The translations under genes were made by a program, and so were the position numbers. Positions 35,392-50,300 of a DNA stretch of 64,000 nucleotides are shown piece by piece (position 1 is the stretch's first letter; each line of letters begins with the position of its first letter). This stretch comes from Bugula neritina. Its lineage: Eukaryota; Animalia; Bryozoa. The notes under the pieces are model-generated. The model ran no database searches, had not been told where the DNA came from, and was given only the letters and a program-made list of their open reading frames with translations. The DNA lies in the NCBI GenBank assembly GCA_964035545.1, contig OZ037766.1, forward strand, positions 12,762,722 through 12,826,721, given 5' to 3'.

Positions 35392-38300
35392 ATGAACTCC
35401 TCGATGGATGGTAGCAGTATGGATTTGTTTATGGAAGATTACTCTGCGGAAAATGAGTGTGAAGATATTAGGAAGGAGCTAGCACCTGAGTTCATGCTAG
35501 ATGAACCGTCACAGACTACAATGCCGCCACCTCCTTTACCTGATGCTTCTGAAAAAATGCGCGTTTTTCTTCGAATTCGTCCTTTATCAAAGGAAGAAGA
35601 ATCAAAGAGTGAAAATCAGGTAGAATTTTATTGTATACCTTTTCACTAGATCTGTTGAAGCAGTACTAATTGTGTGATTTGAAGGTTGTGTGTGCAGTTT
35701 AAAGTAGAATAAAATCAATGCGATTTCTTATAATTTATGTAATCATGAATTAGAAATTAATAAAATAAGTATTGGAAAGTTTTTGCTATTATCTGGCTCA
35801 AAAGAGTAAAGTTGTAATAAACTAAAAATGATCATTAGTAGGTGCATCACTATGGTTTTTTCTTGAAAATGCTTACATACTACCTGTCAAAGATTGTGCT
35901 CACTAAAGGCCTGTAACTTTTTCTATGCATGTGTTTATTTCACGCAAGCTGTATTTAAATAAGTTGTATGACACTGCATTGTATGGGTTTTTCAAATGCC
36001 TGTTTGTTTGGTTATGTGTTATCTCTTCTTATGATGCATCCTGTCAACAGCTAATTCAATGGTGTCTTAACTTGCTGATGATGTTTTCATTGGTGTCATA
36101 ATTGCTATGTTGTAGGGCTGTGTTTCAGTCCAAAGTTCAACAAAAGTCAACATGATTGCGCCGAAGGATTCGAGGGCATTTGAGAATACTGCACTGGGTT
36201 GTAAAACTGTTGACTCCTTTACTTTCACTCACATATATGATGAGATGACATCACAAAAAATTCTCTTTGAAGACTGCATGCTGAATACAGTTAAAGACTT
36301 TGTTGATGGCCAGAACTGTTTATGTTTTGCATATGGCGTCACTAATTCTGGGAAAACCTATACTATGCTTGGTAATAAGTTTTCCATTCATTTTGGTGTT
36401 TGAAAATATTGTTAAATCAATGATGTTGAAGTTATTTTTATTCTTAATTTGCTTTGAACCTTTAAAGGAGCACCTAAAGAAGAAGGAATTGTGCCCAGGT
36501 CTTTAGAGGTGATATTCAATACCATCGGAGACAAACAGTATGCAGCTGCAAATATCAAACCAAAGTTTTATTCAGAGGCTAAAAAGCTGTCCACAGAAGA
36601 GCTGGCTGAAGCTAATAAATTTAAAGCCATGATTTTCAGTGCTGCAACGGTGTGTAAAGATTTAATTGATTGCAAGAATATTGCAACTACTGTATTTAAT
36701 GACTAACCTGCAGTATCGAATTAATAAATTCTTATAGCATAGTTCCTTCATATTTTTCAATCTAGTGAAAGATGATTCTCCAAACTTGAAAAAGTTTTGT
36801 GTATGTATTTTCATTGCTTAACTACGTATGTTTATCATGTCCTAAAATAATCAAGTATGGTTTGCATCACTAAGTGGCAGCTATAGCATTATTTCACAGT
36901 TTCTTTCTACTCTAATGTATGTTATATATGGTGCAGTATGTTAGTTAGGTGATAGACTCATTTGTTTTTGTGGTATGATAGAAAAATAGGCCGAGAGAGA
37001 AGCAGTGTTCTCATTAGTACAACAAGCAAAGCAGTTGTAATAATGATTGTAGCACACAGCAGTGCTCTTAACCCCAGCGATATGTTCTGACCACAAACAC
37101 TCAGACACCTCTATCACTCATCAACAAAACATGCTTACTGTTGTAGTCCGTATGGATGTAATTTACTTGTAGAAAATGACAGGAGACTCCTCTTATATGT
37201 ATACCTCGTGTGACTCCCTGGCCTCCCAGTCTTCAGTTGGGGAAAGTTTGCTAGACTGTAAGTATACAGGAGTTGCTGTGCAATGTCTCAGTGTTGGCTT
37301 TTTTAACTTTGAATATCTAATGAAAAGACCATAGTTGTAATCTAACTGTTGATATATAGTTTGGGAAAACATTTATTTTGTTTCATCTGGTCCAATAATA
37401 AAAAAATTGAATCTTAATGAAGTCTGTGCCATTTGCAGCATAAAACTCATGCAAAACTCCTGAAATGCAAATTTTATTCTCGATTGCATACTAGATTTTA
37501 CAGCTCCTAATATTTTGTTCACTTACTCGCTCTTGCTCATGAAGCACTAGATAATACAACTTGCCAAGTGTAGTTCATATGTCCCGTGTGTCTGTACACT
37601 GTCTATCCAGACTATCTGTGATACCAGGTGATGAAAACACGTTCAACCAGGCAAGTGCCAACGTTCAAGAGCAGGAAAACCTACGATATTCTGTGTGGGT
37701 GTCTTTTGCGGAGATATATAATGAGCAGATACATGATTTACTCGAGCCTTTAGCTAAGACTCTAAACATTGAGAAGAAAAGGAAAGTGCTAAACTTGAGA
37801 GAAGATCGAAACGGAAATCCATATATCAAAGGTTGGGGAGTTACAACAAAATTGCTGAAGTATAGATGCCATATTAAGATATTGAATTTTCATTCATGCA
37901 AAGCTCTTTGTAAAATACCCTAAGAAATGGGCAATTCAAAGAGTGCAATTTGTAAGCAGTTAAAAGCAAAAGTATGGTTTTCATGTTAAAGCAGCAATTT
38001 CTTACAATTGGCCAATGAAACTCTCTCATCTGGATGACTGTAGTCTTGTAGGAGTAAAAACTATACGTTGTTTTTATTTTGGTACTTATATTGTTTATGA
38101 GCTTGCCAGTAGTTAACTTGCTGTAGTTTGCCATTTTATCAGATACTTTTTGTAAACATTTCAGGTAAACAAAATGTTTTAAGTCGTGAATAGGTGGGAA
38201 ATTTTTTTTCTTGGATAATACTGACTTGGATATCTTTGCTCACTTGACTTAAATTAATATTTAATAATATAAATTAATTCTAGTAGCTCTTATCGGTGTA

Positions 38301-41300
38301 AATGTATCCCTTTCTGTTTATAGCTTGCACATTTCCTTCTCTATTTTGATGTAGATTTGAAGCAAGTTCAAGTCAGCTCAGCGGATGAAGCCCTCAAAGT
38401 GCTGGCGTTTGGCAAGAGGAGCCTTAATTATGCATGCACTCCTTTGAATGAAAAGTCTAGCCGCAGCCACTGTATCTTCACCATTAAAATGATACGTATA
38501 GTAGATGAGCTCAACCCACACACTGCTCATGTCAACCAGTAAGCACTTGTTACTAATATTTTATTACACTACATTTTTAAGTTATGCAATTCTGTCTATG
38601 ATGGGGGATTTTTGTAGTTCCTAACGTTACATGTAAAACAAATTTGGTTTATCTCATCAGTCTTATTTCCTGATTCTTTTACATTAATGTTATTACACCT
38701 ACCAATTTTTTTAAGACCTAGCTTTTAGGTATTTTAATAACTCACAATAAGAAGTAATGTTCTAATTTTCTCCCAATGATTTATGCAACTCTCATTTTAC
38801 AGCTTGAGCTTCTGCGATTTGGCTGGCAGTGAACGGTGCAATCGCACTGGGAATACTGGAGACAGGTTTAAAGAGGCTAATAGCATAAACAATTCACTTT
38901 TGACTTTGAGAAGATGTATGCATCTATTGAGACAAAATCAACTTGGAAAGTATGTTTTGTGATAACTGAACTAAATTTTTATGTTAATTCTACCAGTTTG
39001 GAATAATTTATCCAGATTTTATCGAATTTTGTAAGCTGAAAATAAAAAATAAAGTTCCCCTGATTTAAAGTGAGCCTGACAACCCAGCCATATGGTAAGC
39101 TTGAGTGGAGTTGCTACAAGCTCACTAATCAAATAGAGTTCTTTTTGAACTCATATAATGAAGTAAAGATGTATTCCTATAACTGTGTATTCTTTGGCAG
39201 ACTTCACCTATTCTATGTCATGTGTTTTTATAACCCGTGTTTTGTTGAGTGAGTTATCACTCACTCTTTTCTTTTTACAGTTCAGTAGAGGGTTTTTTTT
39301 ACATTTGTGGCAACAATTAGTAGCATAGCTAAAATTTATGGATGAAACGTAGCCAATAAAGTGAAGTCCAGAACAGTTTGATAATGTAGTGAATAGGTTC
39401 TCACTATACTTCCTACTTGTAGAATAAGTAATGTTAAATATTAAACTTTATTGCACACAGTACGATTTATCATTCACATTTCTGCCATACCTACAAAAGC
39501 ATTATCTTCTTGTCTAATTGAATTCTTTGTTACAGAAACTGATAATGCTCTTTGCATTTAATATTATTGTATGAAACCAAGTTACTATTGCAATGCTGTT
39601 CTACCTCCACGCTTAACTGTAAAACAGCTGCCTATGTCCAGTTTTTTCTTTCAGGACATCAAAGGAAAAGATAGTGCCATTCAGAGAAAGCAAATTAACC
39701 CGGCTCTTTCAGACCTACTTCTCTGGTAAAGGTAAAGCAAGTATGCTTGTGAACATCAGCCCCGCAGCAAGCTCCTATGATGAAAATATTCAAACGCTCA
39801 AGTTTTCAGCTATTGGTGAGATTTTTGAACACACAATACTTTTCGCTTTACTGATTCGTCTGTTCTTGTGCATTTAATGTTTGTGTCCAGAAAAACCTCA
39901 CAACATTTTAGCACCATGTTGACTATAGTTTTATCAGCATTTGAGAGTTTGAATTAATTTTTACCATGTTTAAGAAAATATAAATTGGGTTTAAGTTCAT
40001 TAACTGCATTTATTTTGTTTTCTGTTTACACAACTTATATAGCATTATTTTGTATACTTCCTTTATGTGCGGAAGCAAAACATATGATGTATTGAACTTT
40101 AACTTGTAGCTCAACATGTACAGTCTGTGGCTGAGAAAGCAGACCCAATTCCAAAAAAGAAAGCTGGAGTCTCTTTACTCACGGAGAACTTTGATGGCAG
40201 AGGAACTATTCAGTGGGCCACAAAAGGTACAATGTCTTGTTTATTTGTGTACAGGCAGTTATGCCCAGTTCACACTGCAGCTTGCTTTGAGCAATGTAAT
40301 CATCGAGTTTTAGGTCATATCTCATTTTTATCTCTTCACACTAAAAGCTATCTGGGTCATCTTACTTTGTTTAGTACACATCAGCAAATTATAACCAAAA
40401 ATTAAAATTTGCGAAGAATTCATGAAAAACCCATCATGCCGCACATCTCAAAGCAAAAAAATAAGGAAAAAAAAATAGAAAGCCAAGCAAAATTAAAAAA
40501 TCATTGATTTTTTAGTTGTATTTGTTAATGTTTTGTTAGTTAAAGAGAAAAACCATATGAATTAGCAGCTAAATTGTGAAAAATAGCCAAAAACTAGAGA
40601 TACCGAGTGTGTACTAAATTAAGTAAACTGGCCCATCCATGATTTATTGACAATAGTTTTTAAAGTGCTGTTTGAAATTAACATATTTCCAATGTATCGA
40701 ATAATAGCATTGGCTAATATGAAGCTGCAACGCTTAGCCAATCAACCCTTGGAAAGAACGAACAATGAAATGAGCTCATCATTGAACATTTTATGCATTG
40801 GACGCCAAATAATGTGGTTTAGAATTAAACAGCTGTGTCATCTTTCAATTCTCCAGCACAAATTCATAATTTATCCTTGAATAAGTTTGAATTTGTTCGC
40901 TGTTCATATGGAGAAGGTAAAATAAGGCTAAGTTAGTAGTTGAGGGTGGCTAAGAGAATAGCGCAGTAAATGGCAACTAGTACCCTGTATTCAGGGAAAA
41001 AGTTTAAATTGGTTTTAAAGGCGTTTGTGTTGCAAGCTATTCAGCTGGAGCAAGTTATTCTGTTTTAATGTATGGTAGTGGTGATGCAGCTGTGGTGTAT
41101 TTCAGATGAGATTCAGCAGGATGCTGAGATGTCCATCATCGAGGAGGAAGAGCCTGGTAAGTGTGAGAGTAGACAATAACATACGTCATTTATTAGCTCT
41201 GAATTAAAATGCTATGGATAAATACCAGACTTATGTTTGTTCAAGTAGATGGGATTATGGATTTGACACATAACGAGTTCTTCGTGGCTGACAAAAACTT

Positions 41301-44300
41301 TCACTTGTGTCAACTGCTGAGGCACACACTGGCAGGTTGCAGCTATTGTGTTAACATCAGATCTTAAAGACTGGGTAGTAAAATAATGTTTTTATTTTGG
41401 TTATTTTTGATACTATATTTCATGTATACTATTAAATGACTTTTCTAGCAGTTAGAATAATAAGCATATTGTTCTCAGTAATCATTTAGCTTTTCGACTA
41501 GTGAAGTTTTCTGTTGTTAGTTTTAATGGATTACTTATTTATTTCACTGCTCGCAAGTGTTTTTATGTGATCTATTGTTTGAAACCAATACATATTATGT
41601 AGTTAGGTATTACTATGAGTACAGCCCGAGTGTACACCCGTTCTTGCAGCTTCATTTGTTGTTTTGGTCTACAAAGAACCTATGGTAGTTACCCAAAAAG
41701 CTGGAAAATATAAGTTTTGATGATAATGTTCGCGATTTGTATTTTTGAACTGTAAAGTAGACTTGAATAAAAGTCATCAACAATTTGTGATATTTTTAGA
41801 CAGTCCACGGTACATTAAGCACATGGAAGTTATAGACAAGTTACAGAAAGCTCTGATAGAAGCCGATCAATTGATAAAAAATGAAAGGCGTGAAAAAAAG
41901 CAACTGGAGTCTGATTTGCATAAAGAGTTTCGTAAGAAGATGGCTGCACATACTGCCAAGATTGAAGCCGACCACGAGTAAGTTTCTAGTGTGTGTAGAA
42001 TTCTTTTATGATCCAATGGGCTGGCTGTACATCGTTTTAAAATATATGTAAAAACTAGCTTACATTTCGGTATCCCTCCAGTTTGGTGGACATTTTTCCG
42101 TGATCCTCAATTTCCATGATTTTTTGTTAAGTTGATGCAAGCTTAGAAAAAGCAATATGGTCGAAATTAGTTTGACTGATAACGCAAGATTCTATTTGTT
42201 AGGTATCAAATGGCTGAAGAAAAACAAAGGCATGAAGACTATGTGGAAGAAAAAGTGAATTTGATCTCTTCTGCGATAAATAAAGCTGCCAAACGAAAGC
42301 TGGACAAAGCTGAAGAGGAGATACTCAAGAATGAGGTGTGGTATTAGGCTGTGAAGTAGCACAGTTTTTTGCCTTTACAGGTCTTCTATAATCGTGCCAG
42401 AGCCTTTTCACTGTGTGTTTTTGGAATCATGTTGTTTTCACTTTAATTTTGTTTGTATTTTACCATTGTAGGCTAAACTGAAAGAATATGAAGCTGACAT
42501 TCTAAAATTAAAAGAACAGCTTGAACAGTTTCAAGGTAAGTTGTTGAGCTTTTCTATTAGCTTTTCCTTTTTATTTTTATTTATACATTCGGCAATTTTT
42601 GCTGCCATAAATGCAATAAAGTGTTGGCTGTCGCTTTGCATGGTTTGTGGCAACTTTGTGATGGACTCAGCTTATATGATTGAGTTTTTTGCAAGCCCTC
42701 ACCAGGTGTATGCATCAATTTTAACACACTGGCCTAATTTTAACTGTAAGTAAATATAGGAAAAAAGAAATTGTGTGCACTTTTTCATATTTTAAAAGGC
42801 TGCAAATGTAGATTATATGAGCTAGTGGGCAAAAATTAGTCGCTGTAAATGCTTTGACCACCAGTTACCGTACTAATACACCAAACCAGACTGGTGCAGA
42901 GCCACCAGGAGTGAACTTTGACCTGTTTCCATGTCTCAAACATTTGAATTGAGATCCATACATTAGAAATTGGTGATTGATTCTGTATTTAGTGTTATAC
43001 ATCATTAATATCTACAATTGGCTTCTATTTATTTGCCTAATGCTTGCTGTATGTACATGGAATAGTTGGTCAAATAAGCTAGTATGAAGCAGGCAAACTG
43101 CAGTATCAGTGTTAGTAGGGGAGTTTTATAAGCAAAAGATACACTCTACACTTTGTATTTTGCAGGTAATTCAGATTCTTGCTCGGACAGCAAGAATTTG
43201 GAAGACACCCAAGAGGAGGTAACTTTTCTCAGAGAGCAACTTGAAGATGCACAGAAAGCATTGATTGAAAAGGTAGTTGCAAGTGCTACCCTGAATAGAT
43301 AAGAGTTACTTGAATACTCAATACTGGTGAGACATTCATGTTCGTCATAAGTGGTACAGTTTCTTAATTTTTAGGACAAGAAACTCGCTGAAGTTATGGA
43401 AAGTAAACAAACTGTGATGGCTGATTTAGAGACAATAAAATCAGGTAATAATTTCTTTAGTTTTTTTGCAGTTTCCTGACCAAATCTAACAGTTTTTCAA
43501 TAAAGAAAAAATGTTTTTGACATCTGAACGATTACATTTTAACAATTTGTGTGGCAGGTAACAGGAGTGGGTGCAGTATACCCTCAAAATTGAAGAAATT
43601 ATTGACCCCGGTAAAATTCTCTTCAAAATCCTCATCTTTTGATAACAAGGATTCTTCCATGCCCCCTGTTTCTAGCACTTGCTCCACTCCTTACACTGCC
43701 ATGCATACAAAATCTAGCCTCATGCGACTGCAAGCTGCCCAAGAGTCTTCTGCTTCAAAGGCTAGCAAATGCCTTGACCAAAGTTGCTTTGCCAATTCAA
43801 ACACAAATAAAAATCTAAAAAGAAAGACTGGTGATTTAATGTTGGACACGAGAGCAACTAAAAAACGGAAAGCGGCCACAAAGAAGCGTCCAAGTCTGGT
43901 TATTAAGCGCAGTTATGAAACAAGATCAAGATTGAGAAAAAAATAAACCTTGTATACTGTAATTTAGTTTCAAGTTTTTAATAATGATTAGTAAAAGGAA
44001 GATCAATATTCAAAGCTTGTGTTTAGTTTCACTTTTTATTTTGAGATTCTCAACTGTATAAAACAAATGGTCTTTTATTTGCTCTTTTAAATGATATTTT
44101 CAATTTTTTGGAAATTTATCATTGGCAGCATTTTGTGGTCATAGAGCATAAAGGCAGTCGCAGAGGCTAGATCATGTATTTTCACTTACAATACTCCTGC
44201 TGAGCTTCATTTCGCTATATGATGGAAACTGTGGCTTGTCAATTTGCTCTATGACACCATGCCATTATTCTAGCTTAATGAATTTTTGAATTGACTACAG

Positions 44301-47300
44301 TTTCATTATTTATAAGCCATAGTTTATGTAATAAAGTATTATTCTTATACACATCACTGCAGTTATTATTGAAAATCAGTGCCCGTACTTGAAACTTATT
44401 AGCCTATGATTAATGCAAATCAAATTTTTTAAGTTTATTATTTAAAAGCTTCACCTATTTCTGCTGAGTTGGTTTCATCTGCGTGAACATTCACACAATT
44501 TATATGGTTATGTTTTTAAAAATGATGTCTTTTGAGTTTCAACTGATAAAACAAATTTGACAAGGCTAGGTTTTACCAAAGGTATACTTTTTCGAATTTA
44601 TGCTCAAATTTTACTGGACATAGAGCTGTTAGCCTGAATGCAGAAGTTTGCAACTTAAATAAATTTTTTTGGTGTAGTCAGATAGATGTACTAAGTATAA
44701 TATCAAGGTACAAATAGACATCCATGAAACATGTTCAATATGCATTTTCTATTGAGTTTTAATTACCATTACATCCTACAAAGCAGTAAAGTTTGAAATT
44801 CACATATAATGGGATTTTAGACTTCCGCTCTCAGATATCCAAACTTAATGAAAAGGATAATAAACACACATCCACAATAAAGGAATTGGAGTTGGAGGTA
44901 AGTCAATAAATCTTATCTATACCTGGCATGCATTTTCTTTTGCCATGCTGTGATGAACGTATTCAGCTGGATCAAATGAAGCTTTAGTTAGGTTCGTCAT
45001 GTGCTGCACAAAATGTTGAGATTGGCCCACAACCTGTAAGTTTAACGCAAGCTTCTTAACCATGAAGTACAACCGTAAGGGAAGGGCAGATTGGAACTTT
45101 CTTCTAGCAGCAGCATAGCTTGAACAGCTTTCCCTAAAATTTGTGCGCAAACGGAATTAAATATGTTCCTGAATCGTAAGCCAGTTATGGTCTACATATC
45201 TGTATTGAGTTGTATATCAAAATGATAACAAATTCATGAGATTTTTGTGCTGAGTGTGCTTTACATTAATCTGTAAAATCTAGAAGTTGCCCTACAAATT
45301 AGAATTATAGTCCAGTGCACTGTGAAACTGTATCCTCCCCTATCAAATATAAATGTATTTCTCTGAACTAGTATGTATACTTTCATTCCTTAATTGCTAT
45401 TGCTGCTTTACATAACGAAATTTGATTTAATGCTCATAATACTTTTACTTTGGAAATTCCTCAAGTATTGTATATTCGCTAAAAAATAAGCAGAGTGTCA
45501 AGCAAAGCTTATTTTCTCGTTCAAAGTTTAGAGCCTTTAAAAAGCTCGCACGTGGAGTGACTTATCAAAACTATGTTAATGGAAATTAGTTTTAAATTTT
45601 ATTGCTACCTACAATCGAGAGATTTTTATTTTTCAAGATTAAACATCAGTCGAGCCGAATCTATACCCATCATTGCGTTATGTGCATTCAGCTATTTAGT
45701 TAACACGAAAAGTTGTTGGATATATAAAGTAGTTTTTTTTCGTCAGGTGCGTGCAGTAAGTAGGGGGTTACAAGAATCTGATAGGAGTAAAGAGGAAGCA
45801 GAAAAAGGTCTGGCGGAGATGAGAAAGAAGAAGGAGTTAGCTGAGTTTGAGTTGCTGGAGAAGACATGTCAGCTGGAGACGGCTCAGTCTGAGTCGGAGC
45901 AGCTCAGTCAGCAGATAGCTCATAGGTAGATCTATATTTTGTTGTGGCAGAATTGGGTTTTAGGAGGTTTTGGTTTTTAAATTCCATGAAATACTTTCAA
46001 ATAACATATCTTGTCAAAAGGAATATTATGGCTAAGCTTCTATTTTGATTTAACAAGACTATAAAATTCTGAGTCTAACTGATTAGTCATCATGGTCTGA
46101 TAAACTGAAGTTGTTTAAATTATCAGCAAGATATTTTGTCAAATGCAACTGCAGATGCCCTGATTTGCAGTTTATCCTTGCTATTTGTAGCACCATTTTA
46201 TTTGCTGCTGGGGTTTTCTCTGTATAACTTGTATAATGTATTCCGTTGGCTGACCTTTTGTGTTACTCTTATCAGTTTGTTGTAAGAATACTATTGTTGT
46301 TGCTTGTTTCTAGAACAGAGGAGTACGACGCTCTGGTCCTCGAGATGGACCAGCTGAAGGAGACCTTGCATAGCTTACAGAATAGCAATAGCACACAGGA
46401 ATTAGAAACTAAATGTGATTCCTTGACTGATAAAATGAAGAAACTACAAGTAGGTCTCTTCTCCATGTGGCACTTCACTGCATTCAGAAATCACCTCTAG
46501 TTTCAACTCCCTTTGGTTTATTGGCAACATTTGAAATTCGCTTTTTCTATAAGATGTTACATTTCTAATTTTTCATACAGCATGATATACTAGAGCTATG
46601 CAGTTTTATGCTTATCCGTCGAGCTTGAAAATGAATCTCTTACCATTGCTATTGCTATTCCTCTGTATGTGGATGATACTTGCTAGAAAAGCAGCAAATA
46701 TTTTATTTTAAAACAGGATCAGTTGAGACGTAGAAGCGTGGAGTGGAAAGGAGATCTTGGAACTGTTCAGACTCAGTTGATGACCTTGAAGAGAGAGCTG
46801 GAGAGAGTGAAAAGAGATAAAGATAAGCTGAACAAAGACAATGCGGACCACCAAGTTGAACTTGTAGAACTTAGAAAGAAGCACGCCGCTAAATCAGATG
46901 AACTTGAGAGCATAAAAGAGCAATTGTCTCAACTTGAAACTAATTATCAGGTAATAAGTGTTCTAATCATGGTACATTCAGACTCAGTTTTTTGAACTTG
47001 ACCTTAAATATTCATGCTGGGCATTTATATCACTGCTGAAAGTACAGCTTACCTTCTCACTTACTGCTACTAATCAGCTTACATCAACAAATTACGTCGT
47101 TTTTGTTATCAGAAATACCTCTTATACAATTTGAGACATACACCTTGTCTTTTACTCACTTGACAGTTGAAATAATACTAGCCAGTTTCTGGTATTACAT
47201 ACGCAAGTAGCTTAGTTGGACAATGTGATGGGAACTTGAATATTATATAGCAAGTTGCTAGTTGATAATTTACAAAATATACTTAGTAAACCACAAGTTT

Positions 47301-50300
47301 AGCACAATGTGTGTAATGCTAGACTATCACCTCTACCCACTAGACTACAGATCCCCCATTGAACATCCTTGAATATTATTTTCTCACAAACAATACCTAC
47401 AATGATTGTTCTCATATCTATTAAACGCTGCAACTTGCTTTTTAACATGTCAATAACAGCTGATATATAACCTACTGTGTTGTCAGTGAATAGCAGTTAG
47501 TAGTTTAAACGACCTCTTTGCTTCAAGTCTGCAAGCTGTTTGTTTTTCGTGTAGGAAAAAGAGAAAAATTTAAGTACAGTCACTTCAAAAGCAGTTCAAC
47601 TTGAATCGGAATTGGCTGAGGAAAAGTCACTCAAACTGGAACTTGAGTTGGAGAAGCAAAACCTAAGAGATCTGTTGAGAACGTCGGAAAACCAGGCCTC
47701 CTCTTTGGAGTCCACTGTTTATCGTCTCAGGAAGGAAGTTAGTGAAAACATTAAACTTGTTTTAGTATTATGTATGCATTTTGTAGTATTAGGCTTGAGT
47801 TAATATGAATAAGTGATGGTTTTTATCTAATTTTGGGTTTGTATCACAGAAAGTGGGGCGAAATTCTAATTTATTGTCTGGGCTTCTCAAATGATTGTAA
47901 TTTGTTTTACAACTGTCTTTATTTCTCAGAAATTTAAATAGCTTTGCTATATTTGAAATTAAAATAAGTTTCCTATAGTCATGATAATTCAATGTCAAGA
48001 TGTTGAAGCACAAATTGATAAGCTTTAGATACTTTTGCAGTTGTCTGCTCCTGAAAATAGTAATGCTCTGTTCAATTGCGCTCTAGTTCTTCATTTGACT
48101 GATAACTTATACTTCATTAATTAGTTTTATCTTTTTCTAGATTTCCAAGTTAGAAAAATCAGACCTCCACTCTAAAGAAAACCAGGAGCTGAAAGGTAAT
48201 GCAATACCTCTCAAGAGGCCCTACATGGTAGGGAGTGCTGGCACTGTGAGCAACGTTTTCACACTGACATATAAAGCTATATAATAGCATTACACCTCTG
48301 CTATAACTTAGTGGCACTGTATCAGCACATTTAATAAAAAAGCTCTCACAGGTTTATAGTCACCATTCTTGTGAGAACCCCTGATGGTGAAAGTTTTTAA
48401 AAGCGAGCGAATGACTTATGCACATGTGGCACAGGAGCAATTACATCTGGATGCCCTTCCTAACATCACCAATGACCTTTACTGGGCAACGTAGCATCAC
48501 ATTTACTACTCTTTAAGTTATACTTTTTATTCTTACTGTTGATTTTTCAACAGATGAGTTGGCGAGTTTGCAAGTTAGTTTAAAAGAAAGTGAAACGAGA
48601 TGCCAGAAGTTTTCTGCCCTTGAATCAAAGCTGAAAGAGACTAATGAAAAGATGGGGAACCAAACACTGTTACACCAGTCAGCTACTTCAACGTACGGCT
48701 TGTTTACTAACTTTCTTCTTACACTCAGTTGGTGTTTTAATCTGCCAACCTTGATTCTCTTTGCTCATTTAGCCTACTGCTATTTTTAATAATTCCTTTG
48801 ATAGGCCTGACTCTTAATTATATCTAAGTGCTAATATGAAGGCCTAGTTGACACTAACTGTTGGTAAACTACTAGGAATCTCCTTTCCAGGCCCCGGTAT
48901 TTGGTCTAAAGCAGTTAATAATGTTTAAACAATTGTGGTAATCTAGCTGCTTTTAATTCTCATATAATAGGCCAACTAAGTATCCAGGTCAAGTGTTTGG
49001 GTCAGTCTTTCGCAAAAACAAATGCTTGCAACTTGCTAGAGCAAAGACATTGATTTATTTTCTTTTCACTTCTGGTCAACAAAATGATATTCTGTTGCTT
49101 GGATTATTTCATAGTTTTGTCTAATCAGTAAAATTAATTGTGGCAGTGCACAATGTAGTGAGGTTGGGTAAGATTTTTTGATTGTATTTGTTTATAAGTT
49201 AATTGAGTTATTTTAAAGAATGTGGGTGTAGATATAGTTCACTATAAATACAACATATTGCTCAATAGAAATGTATCCTGAACAATTTTATCACTTGCGT
49301 TTCGTTTTAACCACAAATTACAATTAGTTTATTCTTCTCATGGAAATTTACTTTGCAACATTTCGCTCAACTTTCAAATTATTTTAACTTTATAAAGCAA
49401 GATAAAAAGTTTCTTATCATTTAAAATAGCCACCTTTTAATTTCTTAGGACATTTTGCTAGTCAAATATAAATTATTGTATTGTGGTGTAATTTGTAATT
49501 TGCTTTAGGCAAAAGTACTGTTGATAAAACACACATACTGCGAGCGATTGCACACACACACGCGCGCGCACACACACACACTTTGCAATATATATTGTTG
49601 ATTTAAACACGTTTGTTATATATAGTATAATGTTAATATTTTTTTCAATAGGATTCAGAAGCTCACCGAGGAAAATGAAAAGTTAAGAATTAAGGTGGAC
49701 TATTCAAAGCTGGTAACTACCACTGTATTTATCATCATATGTTATATAAATGAATATTAGGTTGTAAATGTTTTTTATGTATCAATGGAAAGTTCATGTA
49801 AATGCTTTTGGACCAGTTTTGATGTAACTAAAACTATTATACTGTATTTCACCAGGTTGATACGAAGATTGGCCCATTTTACGACTTCCCACCAAATTTC
49901 AAAGGTGTAGGCTTTTTTCTCAAACTGTCCAACTTGTATATTGTTGTAACATGTTTCCTTTAGGTTGATACTTTGAAGAAAGAAGTTTCTGAGTTGAAAG
50001 AGAATGTGTCTATTAAAGAAAACAAAGCTGCCAGTTTACAGGTGATACTCGATGCCAGGCAGTCCGAGTGGGAAAGGAAAGATGGTTCTTTAGAAATTTT
50101 GAAGCAGAAGGTAAAGTATTAAATAACTAGTACAGATTTACACTTGTATATATTATTTTATATTCTATATATTTGCTACAGTATTGCAGCTCATACTTTA
50201 CTGACGTGATAAATTTTCTCTATAAATGTCTAGTTTTAGTATGCCATAGCGTCTTTTACGAATTCATGAATCTTCACTTCAAGGCATATCTGTAGTCGAT